A stretch of DNA of 64,000 nt from NCBI RefSeq assembly GCF_009914755.1, contig NC_060931.1, one strand, 5' to 3'. Under the pieces are notes generated by a model. That model worked only from the letters and a program-made list of their open reading frames with translations. It ran no database searches and was not told the origin of the DNA. Both the position numbers and the translations under genes were made by a program. Below are positions 28,081-42,970 of the stretch, in pieces; the stretch's first letter is position 1; every line of letters begins with the position of its first letter. This stretch comes from the human T2T-CHM13v2.0 reference genome, Homo sapiens.

Positions 28081-28963
28081 TATTGGCATAGTAATTTATT
28101 AAATAATATATCCCAATTTTTACTTTATTAAAATGGTATAATTGTTTATTAATGAATGCCAAGCTAACATAATTATTGAGGCTTTTATTAAAGAATTAAA
28201 ATATTTTATGAGAAATTATTTAAAATAAAATTTTTAGGAAAATAATGTTTTGAGCTGTATCCTTAAAATTTTTACTAGTTCTTCAACCGAGTTCTGTATC
28301 TTTGAGGGCATGATAGTATAAACAGGAACATTTTAGACTGTGAACATGGTAAACACTGGAATTAGATCTTACTCAAAAACATAGTTGTAGTTTCTCTGTG
28401 CCTTCACATTAAATAAAAATTTTTTTTATGAGTACATATTATGTGTATATATTTACAGGGTACATAAGCTATTTCGATAACAGCATACAATATATAATGA
28501 TCACATCAGGGTAAATGGAGTAGCCATCACTTTAAGCATTTATAATTTCTTTGGGCATCCCTCCACATTTTTGACAAGAAAATTTTGACATAATGTGGAT
28601 ATGAAAAAGAACGTAGAGTACATAACAGAGTAAAAGAACAGTGCTAGTATACATATTTAAAAATGCTGTGACAGCGCCTCCTTGTGGGCAGAACCCAACA
28701 TATTGGTCAGATTTCTGTTATGTATAAAAAGTCAACAGATGCTTTCTTTAAAAAAAAAAAAAAAGAAAACAGTATTTTATGTGGTTCTGTATTATATTTT
28801 GTGCTTGACGAAATAAAAATATGAAATGAGTTGCATTAAAAGTATAATGATGTTAATCTTTTATTTCAGAATCTTCAATCATTGTTTCTTGTAGGGAATA
28901 AAATAAAACTATTTGTATAGCTTTACCCCCATAAAATTTACCCTTTAACTGTTCTGCCTGTAG

Positions 28964-29065
28964 GACAGGGTAACCTTCAGGAGAATAATTGTGAAAAACA
29001 ATGCCAAAAAGAGAAAAATGTATGAAAGCTTTATTGAGTCACTGCCATTCCTTAAATCTTTGGAG
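28964..29065 (+). CDS. PRKAR2B: PRKAR2B exon 7 ([34 protein letters not shown])
   Basis: ctgtag|GAC...TTGGAG|gtaagt; 102 nt. Confidence 0.97.
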
Positions 29066-29399
29066 GTAAGTATATGTTTATGCTTTTATTTTATTTTGCT
29101 TTAAAAGTTTCTGTTTTGCTAGGAATATTTAGTTCTATAGAAAAATTTCTTTGAATAAAAAAAAATCTATCCATGTTTTTATTTGAAAAGATTAAATGGT
29201 AGTGCTAATTTTTATAACTCATTGTTTCTTCTGCTATCTATAATTTCATTTGTTTTGTTATTTGAAAGTAATACATTCCTACCCAGCATCTATAGCAAAT
29301 TTATATGTGGTCTTTATCTGATAGCAGACTTAATATAATCACATAGATGTAGACAAGAGCCACTAGTTGTAACTTTACAGTGAGGCGTTCTCTAGATAT

Positions 29400-30510
29400 A
29401 GAATGTCCTCTCTGGCCTCTTCCTCTCAGTCATCTTTGCTGTTTATTCCTCTTTTCTTCTCCTCTTAAAACTGGCATTCCAGGCCTCTGTCCTTGGCCTC
29501 TTCTCTTTTCAGGATACACTTATTCACTTGGTGAACATGTCGAATCCCATGGCCTTAAATACAGATGTCCCTTGACTTACTATGGGGTTACCTTACGAAT
29601 AAACCCATTGTGAGTTGAAAATATCATAAATAGAAAATGTATTTAATACACCTAAACTATGGAACATTCGAGCTCAGCCTAGCCTACCTGAAACATGCTT
29701 AGGACACTCACATCAGCCTACAGCTGGGAACAGTCACCTGGCAGCACAGTGCACTGGAGAGCATGGGTTGTTCACCTCATTGTGGTGAGGCTGGCTGGGC
29801 GTTGTGGCTCTCTGCCTGGCGTTGTACTGCATATCGCTAGCCTGGGAGAAGATCGAAACTCAAAATTAGAAGTATAGTTTCTATCGCTTTCAAACAACTG
29901 TAAGGTTGAAAAATCATTAATCAAGCCATTGTAAGTCAGGGACCACCTGTACTGTCCATATATTGATGCTTCTTAAAATTGATATCACTGGGCAAGGCCC
30001 CTCCCTTGAAGGTCAGACTTACTTATCCAACTGCAAATGTAAGATTTCCTCTCAGATGTCTAATAGACATCTCAAACCTAGTATGTCCCAAATCTACTCC
30101 TTTTCTCTTTCCCTGCAGATGGCAACATATCCTTCCAGTGTCTCAGGCCAGAAACCTTCGAGTTAGCACTGACTCATATGAACCACCATCACCTCTTGCC
30201 TGGCTAATTGCAGAGTCATCTTTTAAAATCCCTGGTTGTGGCACTGCTCTATTTAAGCTCCTCCTCACATGGCCTCTAAGGCTCTGCACAGACTGTCCCA
30301 CTCCCCCACCCATTTTCCCCAACCTCATTTCCTACTGCTCCACACTCATCATCTCTCTGTTGACACATCAGCTTCTTGCCACTCCTCAAACACACCTGTC
30401 CCACACCCACTTCGGGGTCTTTGTACTTGCCGTCTGTCTGGAATGTCTTCCTACACAGCTGCAGGGCTCCTTCATTTCTCAGCCCAGAGGTCTTCTCAAT
30501 GAGACCAGCT
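29400..30510 (+). mobile_element. L2 relic interrupted by MER47
   Basis: cccatggccttaaata|...agatgtctaatagacatctcaaacctagtatgtcc; pyrimidine-rich L2 signature. Confidence 0.6.
29562..29949 (+). mobile_element. MER47B-like Tigger MITE
   Basis: Flanked by TA; cagatgtcccttgacttactatggggttac ... gtaagtcagggaccacctg TIRs. Confidence 0.8.
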
Positions 30511-31218
30511 CTTAGGTTTTTATCTTTGAAGGTAGAGACTTATGAGAGAGAGTAGGTTGTTGTTACCCTAAAAATTCAGCTTCATTTTCCATACTTCATC
30601 ATTAAATTAAATGCTTTTCTATTTCACTGTCATATTTGAAGTATTTTGAGAGTAATTAAAGACAGGCATATATATGTACCCACAACATCTTATAAAATGG
30701 CAAGTGTCAAAACAGCAGTGCTTCTCCTTTTGAATGTCTCTGTTGGATTATCAGCTTACATCTGGTAAAAAATTTGTCCACATCACACAGTGCGTGGTAG
30801 ACAGCTGATCTTTTCCAGCAGCATATTTCTTTAAATAAGAGTAGGTCAGGGATTGGAAATCTGGTGCCTTCAGAGCTAGGCAGGTAACACAGAGAAGAAA
30901 ACCAAGCCAGGAAGGGACTTTGGCAGATTGGAGAACATGTATTTCATTAAAGAAACAGCTGCTATCCCACCATAGTTTTATTGTTGCCATGTGGAAATAT
31001 GGGCTATGTGATGCTGATTTTTCAAGAGAAGCTGGAGATTGAATTTTTATGAAAAATTATTTTAAAATGCTGGCTGGTAATTAATACAACAAACACATAT
31101 ACAACCTACACACTGCTCGATTTATTTGGCCTATAGGCTACCAGTTTTTTACTCCCGAACTAGATAAGCTTACCCAGTTAATTTGTTTCTATTTAATATT
31201 GTTTTTCTTTCTTTGTAG

Positions 31219-31293
31219 TTTTCTGAACGCCTGAAAGTAGTAGATGTGATAGGCACCAAAGTATACAACGATGGAGAACAAATCATTGCTCAG
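31219..31293 (+). CDS. PRKAR2B: PRKAR2B exon 8 (FSERLKVVDVIGTKVYNDGEQIIAQ)
   Basis: ctttgtag|TTT...GCTCAG|gtatga; 75 nt. Confidence 0.97.
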
Positions 31294-33312
31294 GTATGAT
31301 ATTTTGAAATGTAATTCAGTTTAGGGTTATATTCCAAAAGGTTCCTGTAGTGGTAGATCTTGATAAACTTTTCATATTTCTAAAATTAGTATGCAGTGAT
31401 GGGTTAAATAAATATTACTTCTACCAAATGACCTGTTAAAAATGGTTTCATTTATAGTCATTACTCTATTGAATATTTTTGTTTATGTAATTAACTCCTA
31501 ATGAAGGTGTATTAAACCATCAAATGGTTTTCTGCATCATTGTAGTCATTTATAAGAGGAAAAAACAGGTGAATGTTCCATGACATTAATGAGGACCCAG
31601 AAAGTACACTGGAAAATTCTATAGAGTTTTGCATGATCAGTTCATGATGAAAATTCCTGAGGCTGCTCCTTGATAAAATTCACCAAGAAAGGAACATACT
31701 GCAACATATACTGTTTTGGCTTCCAAGACTACATGTGGGTCAACATGTTATTTAATCCCTAATACTTTTCTAAGATCCCAGCTGGAACCAATAATATTAG
31801 ATACCTGGGTTGGAGTAGGGCTACCAAAAGTAGAATTTGTGAAGACTGTTGAAGTTCACAGGTAAAGCATGCAGATGATAGTACCTTGTTTCCTAGTTAT
31901 ATTTTTGAAGCACTAAGCAAATGATTAAAATGGATTTTTAATAGATTCTGTAATTTTTGTATCACAGCCTTATACTGTTTTGTGCTCTTTATCTGAAATG
32001 CAGTCTTTTCCTTTATATGGGAAACAAGATTCAAGGTCTTTGAGACTGAGAAAAAGAATTGTTTTAGAAGACAAATACATAAGTAAATCTTTCGATCAAC
32101 ACCCCTCTCCCATTGCTGAGTGTGTGTGTGTGTATGTGTGTGTTAGAGCAGTCAGGGATTGGGAAGAAATGGAGTCAAGCAAGGTTAAAGTTCTACTGTA
32201 TAAACTAGTAAATAACAAAGCAAAGAGCATGTTTTAAATGATTTTTTAAGGTTTTATTTTGAAATAATTATAGATTCACAGGAAGTTGCAAAAATAGTTT
32301 TGAGAGGTCCCGTGTACTCTTCACCCAGTTTCTCCTAATGCGTTTTGCATCACTGTTAATAACAATATCAAAACTAGGAAAATGACATTGGCATAATTCA
32401 CAGACCATATTCAGTTTTCACCAGTTTTACATACACTTAGAGCGTGCTTTAAAAATAGTTAAAAATTACTCAGCAGTTAATAGACCTATTATGATTCAGA
32501 ACACTCGAAAACTTAATATGAAGCTTTTATGAAAACCTGATACAAGAATAAGGGAAAGGAGATATGCTATACTTAGGGTTTATTAAGGATATTCTTACAT
32601 ATTTGTTGTCTTTTAAGCATTTATAAATATACATATACACCCTATATTCTAAAAATCTAAATTCAACATTTATTTTTGTGATAGAATCAGATGCTAAACT
32701 TCTTGAATTTGTATTAAGGAGTTTTGAAATATTTTAAGTTTCTCCAGAATCACTTTGAGAGGCTTAGAGAAGTCAGTGTCTGTATTATTATCTTCCATAT
32801 TGTATTGTTTAATTCAGACTGCATCATTGGAGATCAAGGCAGAGTTCATTAAGAAACAAAAGCAAGAAAGAACAGGTATATGGGTAGAGCAACACTTTTC
32901 TTTTAGAAGTCCTTCCAAAGCCTTGAAATGGAATGTCAGTAGGCTAGCATGTCAGAGTTTGGTCCTCAGTTGACTGTAGTGAAAATGTCAAGGCCCACAT
33001 CTGCTGCTTCCGGCTCCATCTGGATGCTTTCTGCTCTTTGCAAGTTGATGGCTTATCTTGGGTCACCACACCAATGCTTGCGATGTTAGGATGACGCAGG
33101 GTGCATGTCTCGGCACTTCCTCAGGAGCACAGGATCCGCAGACATGTTTCTGCCAACTAAGGGGACGCTGCTGGCATACACAGCAGTGTTGCCATTTCCA
33201 ACTATGTATGCTGTTATCTAGGCTGAAATTTGGGTGAAATTCTTACCCCAGTGTTGCCACATTTTCTTGGTTTTTTAGCAGAAATACAGTGGTAGAGAAT
33301 ATATTATTTCAA

Positions 33313-34895
<1,583 letters not shown>

Positions 34896-35025
34896 TTAGG
34901 ATTTCACTTTTCAGGTGAATATGTGTACTTTGGGGTTGGATCAATTTTAGGGATATGAAAGGTAACAAGATTGTTGTCAATTAATTTGCATTTTCACCGT
35001 CTGTTTTTGTTATTGATTCCAATAG

Positions 35026-35091
35026 GGAGATTCGGCTGATTCTTTTTTCATTGTAGAATCTGGAGAAGTGAAAATTACTATGAAAAGAAAG
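35026..35091 (+). CDS. PRKAR2B: PRKAR2B exon 9 (GDSADSFFIVESGEVKITMKRK)
   Basis: caatag|GGA...AGAAAG|gtaagc; 66 nt; followed by a 136-nt intron. Confidence 0.97.
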
Positions 35092-35227
35092 GTAAGCATT
35101 CTAAGTCCTCAGAACCCACATACTGTTAGCAAGGAACACAACAGATCTACTTTTTGATGTTTAGACTGAGGTTAATTTTATTTTTCATAAGCTGAGGAAA
35201 AGCTCATCTTTTTAATTGCCTTGTCAG

Positions 35228-35366
35228 GGTAAATCAGAAGTGGAAGAGAATGGTGCAGTAGAAATCGCTCGATGCTCGCGGGGACAGTACTTTGGAGAGC
35301 TTGCCCTGGTAACTAACAAACCTCGAGCAGCTTCTGCCCACGCCATTGGGACTGTCAAATGTTTAG
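35228..35366 (+). CDS. PRKAR2B: PRKAR2B exon 10 (CNB-B phosphate-binding cassette [15 protein letters not shown])
   Basis: ttgtcag|GGT...TTAG|gtaggg; 139 nt, phase 0/1; lies inside ORF 35216..35404. Confidence 0.97.
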
Positions 35367-36197
35367 GTAGGGATTGCAACAGTGGGCGTGCTTCTGCTGG
35401 TTGAACTTATGTCTGCATTTTATGTATTCATGTTGAGTGAATCATTTTATTGGGTTCACAGGTTTTGTGGTCCCCACAAAAGGTAACAAGATTAGGACTC
35501 ATTGCCTTATAAAATCAATTTGTGGAAGCCATTTTTTCTTCGAAATTTTTACATCCAGATACATTTTGCTCTTCTTGTGTATATATGAAATAACATCCCA
35601 TATTAGTCATTAAAATAAGAGTTCCAAGTACCACGTTTTATATGGAATCTCTCAAATAAGCAACATGTGCTATGTTCCTCAAAAGAGAAGGCTAAAGTAC
35701 TATTTTTATAAAGTCCGTTATTAAGATCTGCGGGGAATGCTGAGATGTTGTGAGAATCCTTACTCATTACAGTATTGGGACACAAAGGTTCAGGTTTGTC
35801 AAAGCACAGTCAAATGTTCTTTGCTGTTCAGTTGTTATTACTATTTTACCAGAGTAGCTTGGCAGAAATGTCATCTTCAGGTGCAGGCATCTGTATATAT
35901 CTGAGATTATATATCTGAGAAATCACTTACTTTGATAAGAAAATACAGTTTAGAAGGTGGCAATATGGAGGGTATTTTAAGAAAATTGATCTCACAGTTA
36001 TTACCCTCTCTGTGCTTTTCATCCATAATTCAATAGCATAAACTTAATGTTTTTAAGATTTGCAAGGATCCTTAGAATTAACTTCTTAGAGAAGTCATTC
36101 TTTAAAAGGGTTTAAATAAGTATAATATTAATCAAGTGTTAAATTTGGATGGAAGAGAAGACGATTAGAAACTGGCAGGTAATTTCCCTAAGTAGGG

Positions 36198-36329
36198 CTA
36201 TTAGAAAGAGTAAAGGTGAGTGAGTGAAAGTCTATTAGAAATAGTAAAGGTGAGTGAGTGAAAGTCTATTACAGTAAAGGTGAGTGAGTGAAAGTCTATT
36301 AGAAAGAGTAAAGGTGAGTGAGTGAAAGT
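36198..36329 (+). repeat. Minisatellite, 4 units (34, 34, 30, 34 bp) CTATTAGAAAGAGTAAAGGTGAGTGAGTGAAAGT
   Basis: Units start at 36198, 36232, 36266 and 36296. Confidence 0.95.
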
Positions 36330-37490
36330 CTGTTAATTTTTTTTCAATAATAGATTATTATACTCACATCAAAGAAAACCTGAGAAATACAGAAAATGTA
36401 GAAAAAACATAACACCGCCACTCAGTGATTTCTGCTATTATAATTCCTTCTTGTCCTTTTTATTTGTGTGGGCTTCCAGTTGTTAAACAGTTTTCCAAAC
36501 AACTTTTAAAGTTCATTATCGCTTAGGAATGTTCTTATTTTATTACACCAAATTTTAAAATTCTTTTAGGTAAATATATACACGATAAATTAATCATTCC
36601 TTAGTGGTAAATACTTCGAAGGTTTTGGCTCCAACTTTTTTGTGGGGAGCAATTTTTTGTGCATAGAAGACTTTTCTGTATTATAGGAGTTTTCCTTAGA
36701 AATGGTTTTCAGGAGTGGGTTTTTAAAAAATTAACTTTTGACACATATTGCCAGATTACTTGTATTTGTACACTACTAGCAGTGCCATAATGCCCATTCA
36801 CCCTATTCTTGTAAACATTGCCTTTTTTATCTTTTTATCTTTAGTGTAAAAGGCAAAGAAGATCTATTTTAATTTGTACTTTTATGTATAGAGTATGATC
36901 ATATTTTCTATTTATATATTATAAATCCAGTTTTAAAATCCAGGAGACAGGCAAGCAAAGTGATTTCTAGCATGTACTTATAGAAGTAAACAAAAGCATT
37001 ATGTCAGCTGCCATTTTTGGATTGCATAGACATAGTATGGCAGCAAAACTTACAAAAGGTTAACACTTGGCCTTCACAACATGGCATTTTAAACCCTGAG
37101 AAGGGAACACAGGATAGAAAACACTCTTGTGCCACCCTTGAGGAGTTCACATTGCTAAGGTGGAGACAGCACATTTATTTTTTAAAATTCTAAGGTCTTT
37201 CCATGATAGTCCCTCATTCTTTTCTCAGCTTGGACCAGGAACCTCCCACCAACTTAGCATTGCTCATCATATTGCCGAGGGACTGCAGAGTGTGGTCCAA
37301 GAGCGTGGCCCTGGCTGCTTCCTTTTTCAAGTGGAACATTTTTATCATTATGCTTTTTCTTGTATTTTATAGTATTTACCTAAAATATCATTGCACTATT
37401 GATATATATGGAGTCGGTATTGTAAATGACTTAGAAATTCTGCAGATTTGCAAAGAATGTTATTTAAAAAAAAATCTTCTCTTTTCTCAG

Positions 37491-37624
37491 CAATGGATGT
37501 GCAAGCATTTGAAAGGCTTCTGGGACCTTGCATGGAAATTATGAAAAGGAACATCGCTACCTATGAAGAACAGTTAGTTGCCCTGTTTGGAACGAACATG
37601 GATATTGTTGAACCCACTGCATGA
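37491..37624 (+). CDS. PRKAR2B: PRKAR2B terminal coding exon ((A)[43 protein letters not shown])
   Basis: cttttctcag|CAATG...GCA TGA; phase 1 matches exon 10; stop at 37622-37624. Confidence 0.97.
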
Positions 37625-39855
37625 AGCAAAAGTATGGAGCAAGACCTGTAGTGACAAAATTACACAGTAGTGGTTAGTCCACTGAGAATGTGTTTGTGTA
37701 GATGCCAAGCATTTTCTGTGATTTCAGGTTTTTTCCTTTTTTTACATTTACAACGTATCAATAAACAGTAGTGATTTAATAGTCAATAGGCTTTAACATC
37801 ACTTTCTAAAGAGTAGTTCATAAAAAAATCAACATACTGATAAAATGACTTTGTACTCCACAAAATTATGACTGAAAGGTTTATTAAAATGATTGTAATA
37901 TATAGAAAGTATCTGTGTTTAAGAAGATAATTAAAGGATGTTATCATAGGCTATATGTGTTTTACTTATTCAGACTGATAATCATATTAGTGACTATCCC
38001 CATGTAAGAGGGCACTTGGCAATTAAACATGCTACACAGCATGGCATCACTTTTTTTTATAACTCATTAAACACAGTAAAATTTTAATCATTTTTGTTTT
38101 AAAGTTTTCTAGCTTGATAAGTTATGTGCTGGCCTTGGCCTATTGGTGAAATGGTATAAAATATCATATGCAGTTTTAAAACTTTTTATATTTTTGCAAT
38201 AAAGTACATTTTGACTTTGTTGGCATAATGTCAGTAACATACATATTCCAGTGGTTTTATGGACAGGCAATTTAGTCATTATGATAATAAGGAAAACAGT
38301 GTTTTAGATGAGAGATCATTAATGCATTTTTCCCTCATCAAGCATATATCTGCTTTTTTTTATTTTGCAATTCTCTGTATTCTATGTCTTTAAAAATTTG
38401 ATCTTGACATTTAATGTCACAAAGTTTTGTTTTTTTAAAAAGTGATTTAAACTTAAGATCCGACATTTTTTGTATTCTTTAAGATTTTACACCTAAAAAA
38501 TCTCTCCTATCCCAAAAATAATGTGGGATCCTTATCAGCATGCCCACAGTTTATTTCTTTGTTCTTCACTAGGCCTGCATAATACAGTCCTATGTAGACA
38601 TCTGTTCCCTTGGGTTTCCGTTCTTTCTTAGGATGGTTGCCAACCCACAATCTCATTGATCAGCAGCCAATATGGGTTTGTTTGGTTTTTTTAATTCTTA
38701 AAAACATCCTCTAGAGGAATAGAAACAAATTTTTATGAGCATAACCCTATATAAAGACAAAATGAATTTCTGACCTTACCATATATACCATTAGGCCTTG
38801 CCATTGCTTTAATGTAGACTCATAGTTGAAATTAGTGCAGAAAGAACTCAGATGTACTAGATTTTCATTGTTCATTGATATGCTCAGTATGCTGCCACAT
38901 AAGATGAATTTAATTATATTCAACCAAAGCAATATACTCTTACATGATTTCTAGGCCCCATGACCCAGTGTCTAGAGACATTAATTCTAACCAGTTGTTT
39001 GCTTTTAAATGAGTGATTTCATTTTGGGAAACAGGTTTCAAATGAATATATATACATGGGTAAAATTACTCTGTGCTAGTGTAGTCTTACTAGAGAATGT
39101 TTATGGTCCCACTTGTATATGAAAATGTGGTTAGAATGTTAATTGGATAATGTATATATAAGAAGTTAAAGTATGTAAAGTATAACTTCAGCCACATTTT
39201 TAGAACACTGTTTAACATTTTTGCAAAACCTTCTTGTAGGAAAAGAGAGCTCTCTACATGAAGATGACTTGTTTTATATTTCAGATTTTATTTTAAAAGC
39301 CATGTCTGTTAAACAAGAAAAAACACAAAAGAACTCCAGATTCCTGGTTCATCATTCTGTATTCTTACTCACTTTTTCAAGTTATCTATTTTGTTGCATA
39401 AACTAATTGTTAACTATTCATGGAACAGCAAACGCCTGTTTAATAAAGAACTTTGACCAAGGCTATAAATGCCACGTACATTATTTTCAGTATTGTTGGT
39501 TATATTTAAATTTTCCTTACAATAAAGCACACTTTTATAATAAAATACATGAATTATTGTTTTTCATACTTTTTTGCTTGTTTCTTTAAAGTTTTCTGAC
39601 GTGCATAATGCATAATTCATTGAAAAGCATGATAGCAATGTGGCATGTGGAAGCGAACCCCCAGGGCATAACATAGTAAGAAAGTATGGTTCTGTATGGC
39701 AATAGGTTTTTAAAATTATTAGCTATTCATCATGTGTGGGAGAAATAATTGTGGTGTGTTGCAGATTTATTTGGCCATTTAGAATAACCAAATCAATCTG
39801 GCTAACTAGGAATTTATGTGTAAAATTATCTGATTAAAACAGCTCAAGTTTGACT
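37625..39855 (+). other. PRKAR2B: PRKAR2B 3' UTR (approximate end)
   Basis: AT-rich, repeat-free stretch after the stop; AATAAA at 37760, 38198, 39442, 39521, 39539 and ATTAAA at 39833; the exact end is inferred. Confidence 0.7.
39442..39855 (+). terminator. Distal polyadenylation signal cluster of PRKAR2B
   Basis: AATAAA at 39442, 39521 and 39539 followed by a U/GU-rich tract (~39555-39590); ATTAAA at 39833 followed by GU-rich sequence. Confidence 0.65.
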
Positions 39856-40019
39856 TGTGGATGTCATTATTTAATTATTAATCAACACTCCTTACTATGT
39901 GAGAATTCTCTGTTGACCATTCATTCAAGGACAGAGCCTCTCGTGTATCATGCGTGGCTAAGGAAAGGGGTGAGGACTTTTTCCCCAAGAGTGACGGTGC
40001 TTTCCCTTATTTTAAATAA

Positions 40020-40021
<2 letters not shown>

Positions 40022-40067
<46 letters not shown>

Positions 40068-40075
40068 GTGTGTGT
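40022..40075. repeat. (GT)n microsatellite
   Basis: About 19 perfect GT units followed by an interrupted tail. Confidence 0.97.
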
Positions 40076-40226
40076 ATTGTTTTCTACATATCCATATGTA
40101 CTAGGGCTTAGTGCAGATATTTTAACATACACGTTACCTGTGACACAACTTAGGTGAATGTATATGTGTTACCATTAGGATTAGTATTATAAACTCTGGC
40201 TAAATGCCATTTAAAATGCTTTAAAA

Positions 40227-40582
<356 letters not shown>

Positions 40583-42171
40583 TTAAAAACGCTGTGTTCT
40601 TTCCCTTCCCAAAGCATCTTTAAAGATACTGATAGAATTTTTCCTCTCAAAAAACGTTATAAAGGATGAGATGACCTTTGCCATTCTTAAGGAAAATTAA
40701 TACTGTGTAGGCCTAGAGAGGTGAGTCATACATCTGGATTAAGGCAGAGCTTTGTTAAATTGCTGGACGGGATTCTTAAAAAAAAAAAAATTTACTACCT
40801 AAGAGAAATATAGTTTTTAAGGAATGCTGGCTTCTAAAATTTAGTGTTTGGTATAGCCTGATGCCAAGTATCAGAAAGAATTTTGACAAAAATGAAGAAT
40901 TGGAATGAGTTGAGACAACCTTACCTGTTCTAGAATACTTTTAAAGGCAGCAAAACTGGTTGAATAGACTACAGAGTTGTTCATCTTCACAGGTATAAAA
41001 ACCCTTTAAAAGTGTAATGAATTATGGAAATATAAGCAGTAAAGTATACCAGTTATTTGCAGAAGACTTGTGTCAATAACTATGAGACCTTAAATCAGTT
41101 CAATTTGTATACCTAAGGACAATCAGTGACTTCACTAAAGTCATTTACTTTGTGAGTCAATGGCAGAACTTATGGAAAATTGAGATATATTGATTCTTCA
41201 TCCAATTCATGGCCTCATATATTTTCCCAAATAATGTTAATGAGCCTGGCATATAAATTGGTATATAGTTTCCAATGCAGAGAATAAGATTATTTTGAGA
41301 GGAAAACTTTTGATGTGACCAACAGATCTGGGTCTTTCTTTACCTTTTTATGCTTCAAATTTATAAATCTAAAATTGCCTAGAAAATCCTGAAGAAGTAT
41401 GTATCACATATATAGGAAAATGTGGTGATACATGATAGGGAAGTAATGTCTACACCACAAAAATGAATGCTACCTACCAAGGAGGTGGTTTTCACAGATT
41501 TTGATGTAACCATAGCCTGAGTCTCATCATTTTTCCAAATATAAAAAATGCTACTACAAAATGTATATATATTAAATCATGTTTTATCAGCACCAATTAT
41601 AACTGATTCATTATAGCATATAAATGCATTTTTTACTGTCACTGGAAAACAGAAAATGACCTTTTTTTCAGGCACAAGGGAAAGTTTTCTGTAGCTTTTG
41701 ACTGTAACAACCCAGACATGAAACCTTAAATATTTTCTATTTAACTTGAAAAGAAAGGTTACAAAGTAGACCTTCGAATGAGTTTATGAACAGGAAATAT
41801 GACCAGTTAAAATCTTAGATAAAGTTGCTATTGATGACTGGTTTTCCATCTTGGTTCTAATCAGAAACCTTCCTAGATCTTGCTGAGGAACAAGAGAATA
41901 AACTCTGCATCCCTGAAACTTCATCACCTCTCTTAGGCCAAGGGCTGACATTTAATACAAGTGTACTTCCTTTACATAATGACTATATTCTTGAGGTATA
42001 TACAAATGACATTTTTTAAAAGCCAAGCAATATTTTAAGAAAGGTGCACACTATAAAGACATCTTTGGTAAATCTATTTTCTCATAATTGCACTTTAAAG
42101 CTGAACAATTAAATATCCTCAACATTTTTATTACTTATATTCTGTATAACTTGAAGGAGTTGAAGTGTTAA

Positions 42172-42259
42172 TTAGGTTGGTGCAAGAGTAATTGTGGTTT
42201 TTGCCATTTTTTAAATGGTAAAAATGGTAAAAATCACAATTACTTTTGCAGCAACCCAA
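42172..42259. mobile_element. MADE1 (Hsmar1 MITE) palindrome with an internal 9-bp duplication
   Basis: ttaggttggtgcaagagtaattgtggtttttgcca ... tggtaaaaatcacaattacttttgcagcaacccaa. Confidence 0.9.
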
Positions 42260-42654
42260 TACTTTGTTTGCCTTTGAGTGACTGACACTGTGAGGGAAAC
42301 AAAAATGAATAATAGTGCTTATCATATAAACATAGCTGAAAGATGAGACGTTCTCAAATAATAACAATGATTACATAGAGGAAGTGACAGTTAAAGTGCA
42401 TGCAAGTTATTTAACAAAGTCAAATATTCAGACCAGCATCCTATATATAGTGCTACACTACGCTGTATATGAGAAAATTCATGCTGCTTGTCTCCCCTTT
42501 TTATTCATTTGTTCCACAGGTAGGTATTTTTTTAATAGCTTATTATGGACCAGACAAAAAAAAGCGCATGAGATGGTGACTGATAAGGAGAGAATGTAAA
42601 TGTGGAGGGGGGACAAATGTAAGCAACAATATTCAGTTTAGCACAGTGTGATAA

Positions 42655-42970
<316 letters not shown>

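Noticed and set aside
29979-30515. Longest ORF in the track (178 aa)
   Set aside because: Non-ATG start, lies in a degenerate L2, no recognisable domain
35228-35234. cag|G|GTAAAT at the start of PRKAR2B exon 10 as a recursive splice site
   Set aside because: Offset by 1 nt, dictated by Gly-Lys codons, and the upstream intron is only 136 nt
36198-36329. Short regular repeats resembling a CRISPR array
   Set aside because: No unique spacers, no cas genes, eukaryotic intron; it is a tandem minisatellite
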